64,000 nucleotides of DNA, taken from positions 3,162,001-3,226,000 of the forward strand of contig OX597818.1 in NCBI GenBank assembly GCA_951406725.2. Direction: 5' to 3'. The notes below the pieces were generated by a model, which saw only the letters and a list, made by a program, of their open reading frames with translations, did no database searches and was not told where the DNA came from. Of this stretch, positions 37,957 to 50,249 are shown one piece after another; the stretch's first letter is position 1, and each line of letters starts with the position of its first letter. The translations under genes and the position numbers were made by a program. Origin of the DNA: Octopus vulgaris (taxonomy: Eukaryota).

Positions 37957-40428
37957 CATCATCATCATCATTTAAAGTCTGCTTTCCATGCTAGCATGGG
38001 TTGGACGATTTGACTGAGGACTGCCGAACCAGATGGCTGCACCAGGCTCCAATCTGATCTGGCAGTTTCTACAGCTGGATGCCCTTCCTAACGCCAACCA
38101 CTCCGAGAGCGTAGTGGGTGCTTTTACGTACTACCAGCACGAGGGCCAGTCTGGCAGTACTGGCAACGGCCACGCACAAATGGTGTGTTTTATGTGCCAC
38201 CTGCACAGGAGTCAGTCCAGCGGCACTGGCAATGACCTCGCTCAAATGCTTTGTTCACATGCCACTGGCACAAGTGCCAGCAGGACGACACAGGTAACAA
38301 TCATGCTCAAATGGTGCTTTTTACATGCTACTGGCACGGAAGCCAGACAGCTGCTCTGGCAGTGATCCCACTTGGATAGAGCTGTTAGCACTCCACTGGC
38401 ACAGGTGCCAGTCATCGAATTTGGTTCAATTTCGATTTCACTTGCCCCAAGCAGAGTTTAGTGTCCAGTGAAGGAAGGTTGACATGGGTGCTAGTTGAAT
38501 TTGGTTCGATTTCGATTTCACTTGCCTCAACAGGTCTTTGCAAGCAGAGTTTTGTGCCCAAAGGAAAGGTATGCGTAAGTGGGCTGGCTACACTCCTGGT
38601 AAAGGCCACAGGTTATGGTCTCACTTGTCTTGCCGGGTCTTCTCACGCACAACATATTTCCAAAGGTCTCAGTCACTAGTCATTGTCTCGGTGAGGCCTA
38701 ATGTTTGAAGGTCGTACTTCACCACCTCATCCCAGGTTTTCCTGGGTCTACCTCTTCCACAGGTTCCCTCAACCACTAGGGTGTGGCACTTTTTCACACA
38801 GCTATCCTCATCAATTCCCACCACACGACCATACCAGCACAATCGTCTCTCTTGCACACCACAACTGATGCTTCTTAGGTCCAACATTTATCTCAAGGTA
38901 CTTACACTCTGTCGAGTATGAACACTGACATTACACATCCATCGGAGCATACCAGCTTCATTTCTTGCGAGCTTACGCATATCCTCAGCAATCACAGCCC
39001 ATGTTTCACTGCCATGTAGCATGGTTGTTTATACACATGCGTCATACAGTCTGCCTTTTACTCTGAGCGAGAGGCCCTTTGTCACCAGCAGAGGTAAGAG
39101 CTCTCTGAACTTTGCCCAGGCTATTCTTATTCTAGCAGTTACACTTTCAGCACACCTTTCCCCGCTACTGACTTGGTCAACTAGGTAACAGAAGCTATCA
39201 ACTATTTCAAGTTTTTCTCCCTGGAATGTGGCAGAAGTTGGTCTCTGAGCATTTTCAGTGTTTATTGCTCCTGAGCATCTGCCACATACAAAAACTATCT
39301 TCCGAGTTAGCCTTCCTTTGATAATGCTGCACCTCTTATGAGTCCATAGCTTACACTGGGTACATCTTATAGAGTTTCTACCTATGCCTTTTCTACAGAT
39401 CAAGCAGGGCCATCTACCTGAAAGGATTTGTGGTTTGTCTACCTTCCTACTTATTAGGACTTTGGTTTTAGCGAGGTTGACTCTAAGGCCCTTCGATTTT
39501 AATCCTTGCTTCCACACCTGAAACTTCTCTAGTTCTGATAGTGACTCAGCAATTAGAGCAAGGTCATCAGCATATAGGAGCTCCCAGGGGCATCCTGTCT
39601 TGAATTCCTCCGTTATTGCCTGGAGGACTATGATAAATAGGAGGGGGCTGAGAACTGAACCTTGGTGGACCCCTACCTCTACCCTAAATTCTTCCCTGTT
39701 CTCGTTGCTAACCCTCACCTTACTAGCAGCGTCCCTGTACATGGCTCGCACAGCTCTCACTAACCGTTCATCTATCCCTAGTTTCCTCATTGACCACCAG
39801 ATAAGGGATCAGGGGACCTTGCCAAAGGCTTTCTCCATGTCAACAAAAGCCAGGTACAAAGGTTTATCTTTGGCTAGGTATTTCTCCTGTAGCTGTCTTA
39901 CCAGAAATATAGCATCAGTGCTGCTTTTCCCTGGCACAAACCCAAACTGCATCTCATTTAACTGACTCTCTCCCTAATTAGTTGGGCTATGACCCTCTCC
40001 GTGACCTTCATTACTTGATCCCTCTGTAATTATTTGTATCTAAAGCATCACCTTTACCTTTGTGGCAGTTGACTATGGTGCTGCTACACCAGTCATTGGG
40101 TATGACTCCTCCATGTATCACCTGGGTAACTAGGCTATAGCCAACACTGCCAGATATTTTGAGCATTTCTGCAGTGATTCCTGATGGGCCGGGGGGGGGG
40201 GGCTTTCCCTGCCTTCATACTCTTGATTGCTTTATCTACCAAGGTACTGTCAAATAGATAGCTAGTCCCTCTGTTGGGTCGATATTCGGCAGACTCTCTT
40301 TCTCCCATTCATTCTCTTTATTGAGCAACCTTTCATAGTGGCGTCTCCAAACCTCTCTCTTTGCAGCCTCGTTTAGTGCAAGTGAACAGTCATCCATGCG
40401 GACAGATTTCTCTCCTACGACGTCACGG
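37957..40428 (-). mobile_element. RTE-clade LINE, 5'-truncated
   Basis: 253-aa ORF with GVHQGSVLSPLLF, LLYADDL and PHD-like finger; 3' UTR and (CAT)n tail. Confidence 0.95.
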
Positions 40429-40429
40429 T

Positions 40430-40860
40430 AAAATTAAATTAATTATTTGTTATTAAACTGTTTATTGCACATCGAATTCGTGTTCTATGACATCAAAAAC
40501 ATATATAAAGACATATCACATGACATTCTTTAAAAAATTGTATTTTCGCCGCCATCTTGGAAAAATCAACTTGCAAAATTAATGCTATTTTTGAATTCAG
40601 CGTATTAAAAAACTCATGCTAAGCTAAAATGATATATATTTACATACACTATGTGGTTTTAAATTGACTAAATTAGTATTTACCCCTATTTTGGTGGGTT
40701 GCCAAAATCGAAATCGCAAAAAGTTTATATCGTTGTTTTGTGACACTAACCAAAACTTTTTAGGGATTCTCCAAAAAGATAGAAAAAATTTAAATAGCAT
40801 CCCCTACCTTTTCAGAATTCACTGCAGAATACTTAGGTACACTAAATATTTCAGGCTTAA
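40430..40860. mobile_element. Probable DNA-transposon/MITE remnant
   Basis: Repeated GAATTCGTG/GAATTCAGCG and GCCGCCATCTTGG motifs of the kind seen in subterminal regions of non-autonomous DNA elements; no termini identified. Confidence 0.3.
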
Positions 40861-41265
40861 CATCACACATTAAAATTGAAGTCTAATGCAGTAATTACTC
40901 ACTTATTCACAATCGACCGAAGTCGACTTGGCCTTTTGAGCATGCGATTGGCTCCCTTGTCTTAAATTCGTTAAGCTTGTACCAAAAGCTGAAACTACTT
41001 TAGTTTCGTTAACGTATACTTTCAAATTTAATTATCAGTACATGATACAAACGTAGAGTGCCTTATTTTTGTTTCATATATGTGTGTGGTGAGTGGGTGT
41101 TTCAGACAATTTTTTTTTTCAATCAAATTACTAACAAGGAAAGATAGGTCTTCATAACGATACCTTTCACTGCAAAATACAGTTGTGTCCTAGTCGTGAA
41201 ATATTAAGTACGAGTGTCCAAAATCGGAACAAATTATTTTAATGTAAGGAATACGTAGCTTAGAG

Positions 41266-41980
41266 GGGGCTAATGCAGTTTCGCACCTCTCCTTGAAAAA
41301 TGCGTTTTTTTTTTGTTTTGTTTTTTTCAGGTTCCTACGTTTTAGGTGTCGGAGATTAAGAATATACAAAAAAACAATTTCACCCCACCACCACCAATTT
41401 AAATTTTTGATTTTTACTTTGAAGATATCGTAGCGAATTGACGAACATATGCAAATCGAAATCACAACATTAAAGTGAAAAGAATTTGCGTTTTACTTGT
41501 GTTTGCCTTAAATAATCATAAATAATATGATGTAAATTAAATATACACCATTTTATGAGAAACAAACAATATTTAAAAATTATGTTATAGAGTTTATTAA
41601 GAGGCTCAAATTTCACCCCCTCCCCCAATTTTAAATTTTGAACTTTTTCATATATATAGTTGTTTTTAGCCCCAGGAAGACATATTTATCTCTTTATACA
41701 CCTATCTATATGCTTATTGAATTAAAAAATTTCAAAACGTAGTTTCTTGCATATCCGGAGTCTCCAGTCATCTAAAACACAAGGGGAAAAATTTCGAAAA
41801 AGTTCAAAATTTTAAATGGGAGGGGGGAGTAGTGGTAGTGGTTGGGGGGGGGGGGTAACATTTTTTTTTTTCGCTTTGCATATTTATTATCTCCGACATC
41901 TAAAACGTAGGAATCTGAAAAAAAAAAACTTTTTTAAAAAATGCATTTTTCAAGGAGAGGTGCGAAACTGCATTAGCCCC
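41266..41980. mobile_element. MITE with long terminal inverted repeats
   Basis: GGGGCTAATGCAGTTTCGCACCTCTCCTTGAAAAATGC / GCATTTTTCAAGGAGAGGTGCGAAACTGCATTAGCCCC is perfect; imperfect homology continues ~150 bp; TSD unclear. Confidence 0.85.
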
Positions 41981-41995
41981 GCTTCAAGCAATAAA

Positions 41996-42122
41996 TAATA
42001 ATTCTACTATAGCACAAGGCCCTAAATTTTACGGGGGGGGGGGGGTCTAAGTACTCGATTGATATTTATTTTATCGACTGCAAAAGGACGAAAGGCAAAG
42101 TCGAACCCAGCGGAATTTGAAC
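41996..42122 (-). mobile_element. SINE 3' fragment
   Basis: Reverse complement of the 3' half of 42817-43020 (GCACAAGGCC..AAATTT, TTTTATCG, GAAAGGCAAAGTCGA). Confidence 0.65.
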
Positions 42123-42335
42123 GAAGCAAAAGTAAAATCAAATTTAGTGAACCCAAAAATTATAATTATTTTCATTAACTTTTAAAATATACATCAGACA
42201 AAAACTTACAGTCAGTTTTTCTTCTCGCGGAGCGCTTCGTGTAAGTCAATCTTATTCACTAACATTCGGATACACGCGCAATATACAGAAAAATGTTTCA
42301 ACAAAGCAGACGTTAACTTTAATCACGTGATATGA

Positions 42336-42366
<31 letters not shown>

Positions 42367-42816
42367 TTCTCTCACTCACACACAACTTTTCCTCTAATTT
42401 TTTTATATTCTGAGATTTATATATATTTTTTATTCTCCGGAATACTGCTAAATATGAAGATTTGAAGCGTAAGATATTTATTTAAAAAGCAATTTCTTTT
42501 TTTTTAACATGGGAGATAAATCAGAATGCTGTTGTAATGGCTTGCGAATATTGAAAATACTTCTTAGATGAAAAATAAATAAATCACAACTATTGAATTT
42601 AAACACAAATGAAAACAAAACTTTACATTTGCTTAAAGATGATAATTCTTTTTAAACAATTCTGATTGTACATAAGAATTTACATCTGGATTGCTTGGAG
42701 ACACAAGACACGTTAAATAAATCTGCTTAATTTGTGTCTTTATGGCAAGAAAATATGAGAATCTTTTATTTTAAATAATGTATACATTAAATGATAAGAA
42801 TTTATATTTGTATGCA

Positions 42817-43020
42817 AGTGGCAAGCTGGCAAAAACGTTATCGAGCCGGTCAAAGTGCTTAGCGACATTTCTTGCTCTACGTTCTGTATTCGAATGCCAC
42901 TGCGATCAACTTTCATCCTTTCGGGAGCGATAAAAATAAGTATCAGTTGATAACTGGGGTTGATATAATTGACTAGTCCCCTCCCCATAAAATTTCAGGC
43001 CTTGTGCCTGTAGAAAATAG
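42817..43020 (+). mobile_element. tRNA-derived SINE, diverged
   Basis: A-box-like AGCTGGCAAAAACGTTA, B-box-like TTCGAATGCC, body TTTCATCCTTTCGGG..GATAAAA, end AAATTTCAGGCCTTGTGCCT. Confidence 0.7.
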
Positions 43021-43433
43021 AATTTATATGTGTGTATAAAGTATAAGAAGAAAGTCCTGTCGCATTTTTGACGTGATCAGTTTGAAAGTACTTTTTCAAT
43101 ACTGACAGTAAAACATTAATTTTTACATTCTAGTATTTTTTCCTTTCTTTTTACCAGTTTAAAAACGAGTTTCGATCAGACCCAAATCTGGTACGATGTT
43201 CCGAAGGAAACTCACAGAAAATAGTCACTGGAAAAAGTCACCTTCTGTTTAAATACTATAATTAAAGTAATGAAGCAAAAATATTTTAAGTCAGTAATTA
43301 ACTGGTAGCACATGACTTTACACAATTTATGACTGCACATAGGTGAAAAGAAACCTTTTTATTCAATTTAGGTAAGACAAATAATAGTCATTTACTGACA
43401 ATTCATGGCATGCACAGACTGAAACACCTTACA

Positions 43434-43560
43434 CCAACGTTTCTCAACCTGTATTCCGCAAAAGGTTCCTGGGGGTTCCGCGAGAAACAGTGGGATAGGC
43501 TAATGCTAATTTCATGATCGTAATATTACTATACATGCACAACATATTATTATTGTAATA
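43434..43560 (+). mobile_element. hAT-type MITE left end (possible)
   Basis: CAACGTTTCTCAACCT...GGGGTTCCGCG resembles hAT non-autonomous termini; right end not found. Confidence 0.4.
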
Positions 43561-43631
43561 TAGACAGCATCCTATCTAACCTATTATGTTATCAAAAAAA
43601 TATAACAACCATATATATATATATATATATA

Positions 43632-46046
43632 TTAGCAAACGCACCCGTCCTTTGGGCAGTTTAAGTTGCTTTCGTAGTATTTTTTCACCAAATAATTGAA
43701 CTACCGAGATGGTTTATGTGTAGAGTGGCAATCTGTTTCCGATTAACCTAGTGTAGCAATATCGTTCCCTCATTGCTGTCTTCACTGTTTGAGAAAAGTA
43801 TTAAGAATAATCTCGTTCGAGATTACAAACATCTTCGGCTAGTTTAACATTGTTGTAAACACTAATTCGATTGGCTGACACATGGTCTCTACTACGTTCG
43901 CACCGCTGGTTGTCACGTGACGCGATTTGCCTCCGCTTATTTTCGCGCCATTGTTCCAAACAGCCAATCAAAGCTTTCCATTTCTGAAGTTCGTTTTGAG
44001 TCACATAAACTTTATATAAAGAAGGGTTCTCAGACAAATATCCGTCTTTGGTTCAAGTCCTTCTCAGGGCTAACCTCTGACCACACAGAGCATACTCGAC
44101 CATGTTCCAGTTCGAAAGGCAGGCGACCACCATTAATACAAGATGTTACAGATACCTCTCATACTGTTAGTGTGAAAATATCACCATGAAAAGAACGGTC
44201 ACAGGATATCTATAACTAGAGAAAAATAACCAAGCAGAATATATAATGAAGACGCAGCAAAAACCAAGCGACAGACACAACTCATCGCCAAACATCGTCT
44301 CTATCTACTAAGGTTTAATTTGTACACAAGACAACTACAGATTCAACTATAGCAGTTAGGTGAAAATATCACCACGGGAAAAACGGCTACAGTTAATATA
44401 TCTGGAAGTATATTCATATCAAGAGAAAGATAAACACAAGTGATTCAATTAATCTCAACTACGAGATGCAACATCTTGATATGGAACTCTTACCCTCCGT
44501 GTACCTCATAAACGGTAAATCAATTATCTGTCTTGAGTCCTAGTTCTTCTAAGAACTACCTTAAGCCATCTGCTACTACCTGTTGCTAGGCTGATACCAA
44601 CAACATGAACTGTGAACCAAATTCCATTGTTATTCCTCTGGTCAGTACTTTTTATGCCTCACGAACACACACACAAAAACATGCTAACACTTACAAATTT
44701 CCAACCAGCATGATTGTAAAATATGTAAAATAAATAATGTATATATCTCAAAAAGAAATCTGTTTGTCATTCTACTTGTGTTTTGCCGCTGTATGTATTA
44801 TATGGTCAGTAATAAATCATTAAGAATGGGGTCGCGTGCGATTGTATTCCCTATACGATACGACCGCATGTGATCCTATTTTTTATACTAGGAACGGAAA
44901 ATCAAATTGAAGGCTGGTTATTGTGGAGGTCGTTGCACTTTGATTATCATAGAGCATATAAGTTTGCAAGCCATGTAAAGTAGATCTACTGAAGTGTTTT
45001 GGGAGTAGATTACAGATAATGACTACAAAATATAGTTGTTTTACATGAAAGCGAAATTTCTTGTCAGAAACAGCCACATAAATGGTGTAAGGAAATTGAA
45101 GGAAGATGTTGAAACTTCCCCTCTGCGAGTTTATTTTTTTCAACAGCAAAGGGGGCTGTTTCTTTCAGAGAGAAAAGCTAACAAAAGCCCCTTTATTCTA
45201 TCTTCCCACAGCGAATGCTGCATGAAGTTAAATTGGTATGGAGCTTCCTGAAAGATACGCATAGCTTTCGCTAGTAGAAGCAAAACTCTTATTTAAAGGT
45301 TGATTCTTTGGGATGAATCATATGTGTTCAAAAAAGGCAAGAATGACAATACTAAAACTTATTTGAAACAATGGACAGCAGTCGAAATATCATAATGTCT
45401 GGGTAAAGAAGCATCCTTAAAGTGAAGCAACGGTATCAAAGGTAAAAAAATAAGGTATCAACAATCAGAAGAGAGGGAAGGGAACTCAGAATAGGTAAAG
45501 GTAAGCTTGCCAAAGTTTAATGCAGTTTCAATGTGTAGATTAAGATAGTTTGGTATTGGATATTCATCACGTATAGTTTTCCTAGTCAACTGAACCACCA
45601 TTGTAAGTGGAGAGCAGAAATAGACGAAATCCTTTCACTTTTATAAAAAGATTTTTTTTAAAATGAGGGCAAAAAGCACTCGTTTTTTCACAATGAAAAA
45701 TCGTTTACTGGTAGCCGGAATTTCGCGACAAAATGTATGTTTATTAAGGACAAACAGCCTGCAGTGCATGCCGCTGAGCATTAAAAGCCAATCGCACATA
45801 CCTAGAGGGGTTCTGGGCCCCCTTGAATCGATAAAAAAAATCGGTCTTTTTGCCATAGCAACCACATCTTTATAGCTTGCGAATTTTAACCATCGCGGGT
45901 CTCATCCTCACCATGCATTTAGTATCCCTACCAATTTTCAGCTCGATCCTAGCTTCGGTTTAGCCGCCAATAACCGTCAAAGCAAAATGTGCATACAATT
46001 TTCGTCCAAGGACTGTTTTATATATATGTATGGAGAGAGAGAGAGA
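43632..46046 (-). mobile_element. Helitron derivative with nested insertions (tentative)
   Basis: Degenerate 3' end (TTAG...ACCCGTCCTTTGGGCAG) at 43632; RepHel N-terminus-like remnant around 44880-45250 (PLCC..LQFPY..KFRFHVKQ..TLHGLQTYMLYD); 5'-type end AATTTTCAGCTCGATCC...TTTTATATATA near 46030. Confidence 0.4.
43860..44030 (+). promoter_or_regulatory. Dense Pol II promoter-like motif cluster (possibly in a solo LTR)
   Basis: ATTGG 43870, GTCACGTGAC 43912-43921, TTTCGCGC 43941-43948, CCAAT 43964-43968, TGAGTCA 43997-44003, TATATAAA 44013-44020; CpG-rich. Confidence 0.4.
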
Positions 46047-46209
46047 TGTACTGTATTGCCTTCACAGTGTTTACCGTTTTACAAAATTAAATTAGAAAAT
46101 TGGACGTCAAAACAGAACACAATTGAAAAAATTACAAAGAAAAACGAAAAAGAAAAAAACAACAGTTCACCACCTTGGGTTGAAAAGTTGGGGACGCTCT
46201 CATAGCTGG

Positions 46210-46640
46210 GATCTTTTCCTTTTGAACGGCACGCGTCAACACAATTACTAGTTAACTAAACACTTTTAAACTTCATATACTGGTAGAATGTGTTTATAAA
46301 ACATCATTTTTTCTTGGCTTTATTGAGAAAATTCTATATGTTGTAACATATTTCCACTTTAATTTCAAGCATTTCGGCAATTTTAACCAATCGCTGACCT
46401 CCATTTGGGGTGAAAACATTCCGTTCTATATGAATATGTCCCTCGTTTAAGAAACAGATTGGGTTTATTTACATTGTGAAGATAAAAAGATACCCTTCCC
46501 CCACCCCTAACCCTAACCCTGACCCTAATTCTAACCCTAAATCTAAAATAGATTGAAATTCAATAGATCGATACTAGGGTTATAATTATGGGTGACATTT
46601 TCATTTGACACCACTAGAAAAAAATCCCATTTTCCGTAGC
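46210..46640. mobile_element. Non-coding repeat containing a short telomere-like (CCCTAA)n tract
   Basis: CCCTAACCCTAACCCTGACCCTAATTCTAACCCTAA at ~46505-46540; the right side runs into an RTE fragment. Confidence 0.4.
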
Positions 46641-46642
46641 GG

Positions 46643-47085
46643 TGTTCAATTTTGATTTCACTTGCTCCAAGCAGAGTTTAGTGTCCAATGAAGGAAGGTT
46701 GATATGGGTGCTAGTCGAATTTGGTTCGATTTTGATTTTACTTGCCTCAACAGGTCTTTGTAAGCAGAGTTTTGTGCCCAAAGGAAAGGTATGCGTAAGT
46801 GGGCTGGCTACACTCCTGGTAAAGGCCACAGGTTATGGTCTCACTTGTCTTGTCGGGTCTTCTCACACACAACATATTTCCAAAGGTCTCAGTCACTAGT
46901 CATTGTCTCGGTGAGGCCTAATGTTTGAAGGTCGTACTTCACCACCTCATCCCAGGTTTTCCTGGGTCTATCTCTTCCACAGGTTCCCTCAACCACTAGG
47001 GTGTGGCACTTTTTCACACAGCTATCCTCATCCATTCCCACCACACGACCATACAAGCACAATCGTCTCTCTTGAGCAACACACA
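46643..47085 (-). mobile_element. RTE internal 3' fragment, near-identical to 38424-38862
   Basis: Colinear with few substitutions; both ends truncated; no tail. Confidence 0.92.
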
Positions 47086-47149
47086 AGTTATAAAGGAATT
47101 CTTGTAGCTACAAATAACATTGATGAACTCTTCATTGATGAGCCACTAA

Positions 47150-47450
47150 CAAAGTATATGAGCAACACTTCGGCTTAAGATGGATCCTGTGGAATGACAA
47201 TTTTTTAGGTATCTCATACCTCTATTAACATCTTCTTCAGACAAAAAAGCAAGGGCAGTGGTTCAAAAGGATCCTTGTGCACTCAGCAATGCATAATTTG
47301 CACCGTTTTGTCCCGTTTAGGTAGGGGCCTAGATTCTCGAGTATTTTTCATGCGATCAAATATGGAATCTCCTCATCTCGTAATTGCCAGATATGGCTGG
47401 CCAGTGATGTCACGTATCTCCTATCCGGGACTCCTTTCCAAAGCAACCCC
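47150..47450 (-). pseudogene. Penelope-like element C-terminal fragment
   Basis: Hand translation RRYVTSLASHIWQLRDEEIPYLIA*KILENLGPYLNGTKRCKLCIAECTRILL fits the PLE endonuclease tail pattern (LS.HIW.L...W.IL...C.LC..E). Confidence 0.7.
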
Positions 47451-47471
47451 ATAAACCGGCCTACTCCACTA

Positions 47472-47504
<33 letters not shown>

Positions 47505-48375
47505 CTAGCATTATGACCCGTCGTTGCTGGGTCATAGTGCTAATGCATATATATATATATATGTGTATATATATATGTATACATATTACATGTACATCTA
47601 TATATATACATCTACACATAAAATACAAAATACAAAGTTATATATTGATATCGCTAGTGATAACAATACTCAAAATATATAACAGACTGGAATTGTAGGC
47701 CCATCTCTTGCAATTTCGATCAATTGTATCTTGTCCTCCCTCTTGTATAGAAGTGTGGCTACTATCCAGCCTACCTCTACTTCTGGGAGGACATTTTAAA
47801 TTTTTATCCGGGACGTCCTACGTCCCAAATATAAAGGTAAAAATAAAATATTTTCACTTTGCAACCGTTGACTCGAACCTTGCTTCTATTGTGGCAAATT
47901 TACTGCCTCTGGTTAGATATCTTTCAGTCGCACCAAGACAATTTTCGAATTTTATTTTTAATTTATTCCCATTCATGTGAAACCACTTATTCAAGTTCAA
48001 GTCATTGATGCTATTTTATACCAATTGCTATTTTTACTTTTGTTATGTTGCGATTATATTATACTTTAGTTTGATTTTAATTATTACTTACTACATATAA
48101 TTCAATTGTTATTATTATTTTTATTGTTAAAGTGAAAGTATCTGACATAAAATAGAGAAATGTTTTTGTTTCACTTTTAACACGTAATACTGAAATAGTG
48201 GAGAAGATATGATATTGCTATGGCAAGAAGTTGAACATTTTTTTTTTGCCCATTAAACTACATGGACCTTAAGTAAGGCATGTGTAAAAGTTGAATGAAA
48301 TTGGTTGTGTAGTTCTCAAGTTTTAGGGAAACACACAGACAGACACACATTCTCAGTTTTATATATATAGAGAGA
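47505..48375 (-). mobile_element. Non-autonomous Helitron, deleted copy of 22287-23891
   Basis: Same CTAG hairpin terminus and same 5' end (CACACATTCTCAGTTTTATATATATAGA); lacks ~22735-23425. Confidence 0.9.
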
Positions 48376-49145
48376 TATATATATGGAGCATGTCTGTACT
48401 AGCGTTGGTTTAAAACATACATTTCTAATCTTCAAGGTAGGCTCAAACGACACTAAGTTTACAGCTCTGTTCGGTCTGTGACTGGCCGAATAAATAGGCT
48501 CCTTCTACTATATGTGATCAGGCTCTCTCAACTATGTTTGATTGTCACTTATATAATGTGGCTGCGGTCATGTTTAATCGAGTTCCTTTCACTTTGTTTC
48601 TCTAAAGGACTCCTGGTTTGTAGTTTGCTTCTATCACATTTGCACTGGTGTCCCACACACAAGAACAACCCTTCTTCCACGTGTGACAGCAGAATCGATC
48701 AAACTCAATGCCATCATCTCTCAAGCTTTTCTAGAAACACTTCTAACAAGTCTCTTTCTATATACACAAAGTACATCAATTGTCCTCACACATACACTGC
48801 AATCACACTATAGACATCTCTATAAAACACAACTTACTTCTTTACAGAAATCTTATACAAGACATTAACATTGTATGTAACCCACTGCTACAACAAACTT
48901 TATAATCTTAAAAGTCGAGTTGAATATTACTGCACAGCCATCTAACTGCTATCGAACACAGTGGGTGACATCTGTCTGCTACACACTGCTATCAACAACT
49001 ACCATCGCCGACATTGTCTCTTCACCCAACAATTATGGAGTCAACCTGACGTGAGAACAACTTGTTAAACCAATACCCAACGGATAACATTACAGTGGTG
49101 GTATTTTCAAACTGCCACGTACATACATACATACATATGTACATA

Positions 49146-49665
49146 CAGTAGCGGCCATAATATAAGGGTCAATAAGAACAAGTGTATTGAAGTAATTATT
49201 ATAGAAGATTAACAAAACGTTGAGACTAGATATTTTACACATATTTAGATACATCTAATATCTATCTTTCGTGAAAATTTCAAGTGAATGGAATAAATAT
49301 TTCGTAAGTTATGATGAAGTAAACAAACAGTCTTCCATATTGCAATGGTCAAAAGTTAAGGGTCACTTAGAAAAAATGTACTACTGACTGAGGTAGTTGT
49401 AGTTCAGAAGACTGTTAATGAGCTAACAGTTACTTCTTATGATCTTACATTATTGGCACATTCAACTGTCAACATGGCAGCTTGTGAGAGACGACCAGTG
49501 TCCTGTGATGAAAAACAAAGGACTGTGTGCCTTTACCTGTGATAGCAACTATTGTAGGAAGGTCTAGAAGTGTTGTACAACGAATTGTTTTAAGTCATCA
49601 GGATCAACAGATGCTAAACCCAAAACTGGTAGACCTCGTAAAACTTCACCAAGACAGGATGTTTT
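49146..49665 (+). mobile_element. Tc1-like transposon 5' fragment
   Basis: TA|CAGTAGCGGCCATAA terminus; HTH remnant ATIVGRSRSVVQRIV and KTGRPRKTSPRQD. Confidence 0.75.
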
Positions 49666-49669
49666 ATGG

Positions 49670-50245
49670 TTAGAATTTCTCAATGTGTTCACCTAGAGGA
49701 ATTTGTCTGTATTGTGGGAACTGGATCTGCTCTTTATGTAGAATAGTTCTCGGTCTCAAAATCATACTTGTCTGTCCAATATAGTGTTGTCCACAACCTG
49801 AGCAGGTTATTACATAAATTAGGTTCTCAGAGGCACAAGTGAAATTGGTTTTATTTGTGAACCACTCTCCTTGTTTGAAAAGAAAATCTGAGCTTTCAAG
49901 TAGGTTGGGGCATGTTCCACAGTTTGGGCATCTGCATTTTTTAACCGTTGGCTTCGTGATTGTTTTGTAAAGCTTCGCATTTGTTAGAAGTCTCTTTAGC
50001 GATTTGTGTTGCTTTTTGCATTTGATGAGTTTATGCATTTTCAGGATGTTCATTTTTGGATCTCTAGGAGATTTTGCACAATAGTTTTGTATGCCTCACT
50101 GTTTCTAAGGTTGTGGGTTGATATAAACAGTGATGTTTTGAGATGAGGTGTGGTGTTATGCTTTGTTTTCCTTAGTGTTTTTATGTCTAATTTCTTGGCA
50201 TGCTTAATTCCCTTGTCTATAAGTGAGGGTGAATATTGTCTTTCA
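49670..50245 (-). pseudogene. Penelope-like GIY-YIG endonuclease fragment
   Basis: CRCPNCGTC...FTCASENLIYVITCSGCGQHYIGQT..LRPR..LH; upstream thumb-like RQYSPSLIDKGI. Confidence 0.85.
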
Positions 50246-50249
50246 GTGG

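Noticed and set aside
38110-38412. CRISPR-like regularly spaced repeats
   Set aside because: Whole units are homologous with no unique spacers, they lie in LINE 3' UTRs, no cas genes are present, and the context is eukaryotic.
48390-49120. Possible LTR plus primer-binding site
   Set aside because: No second LTR, convincing PBS or gag ORF; left unassigned.
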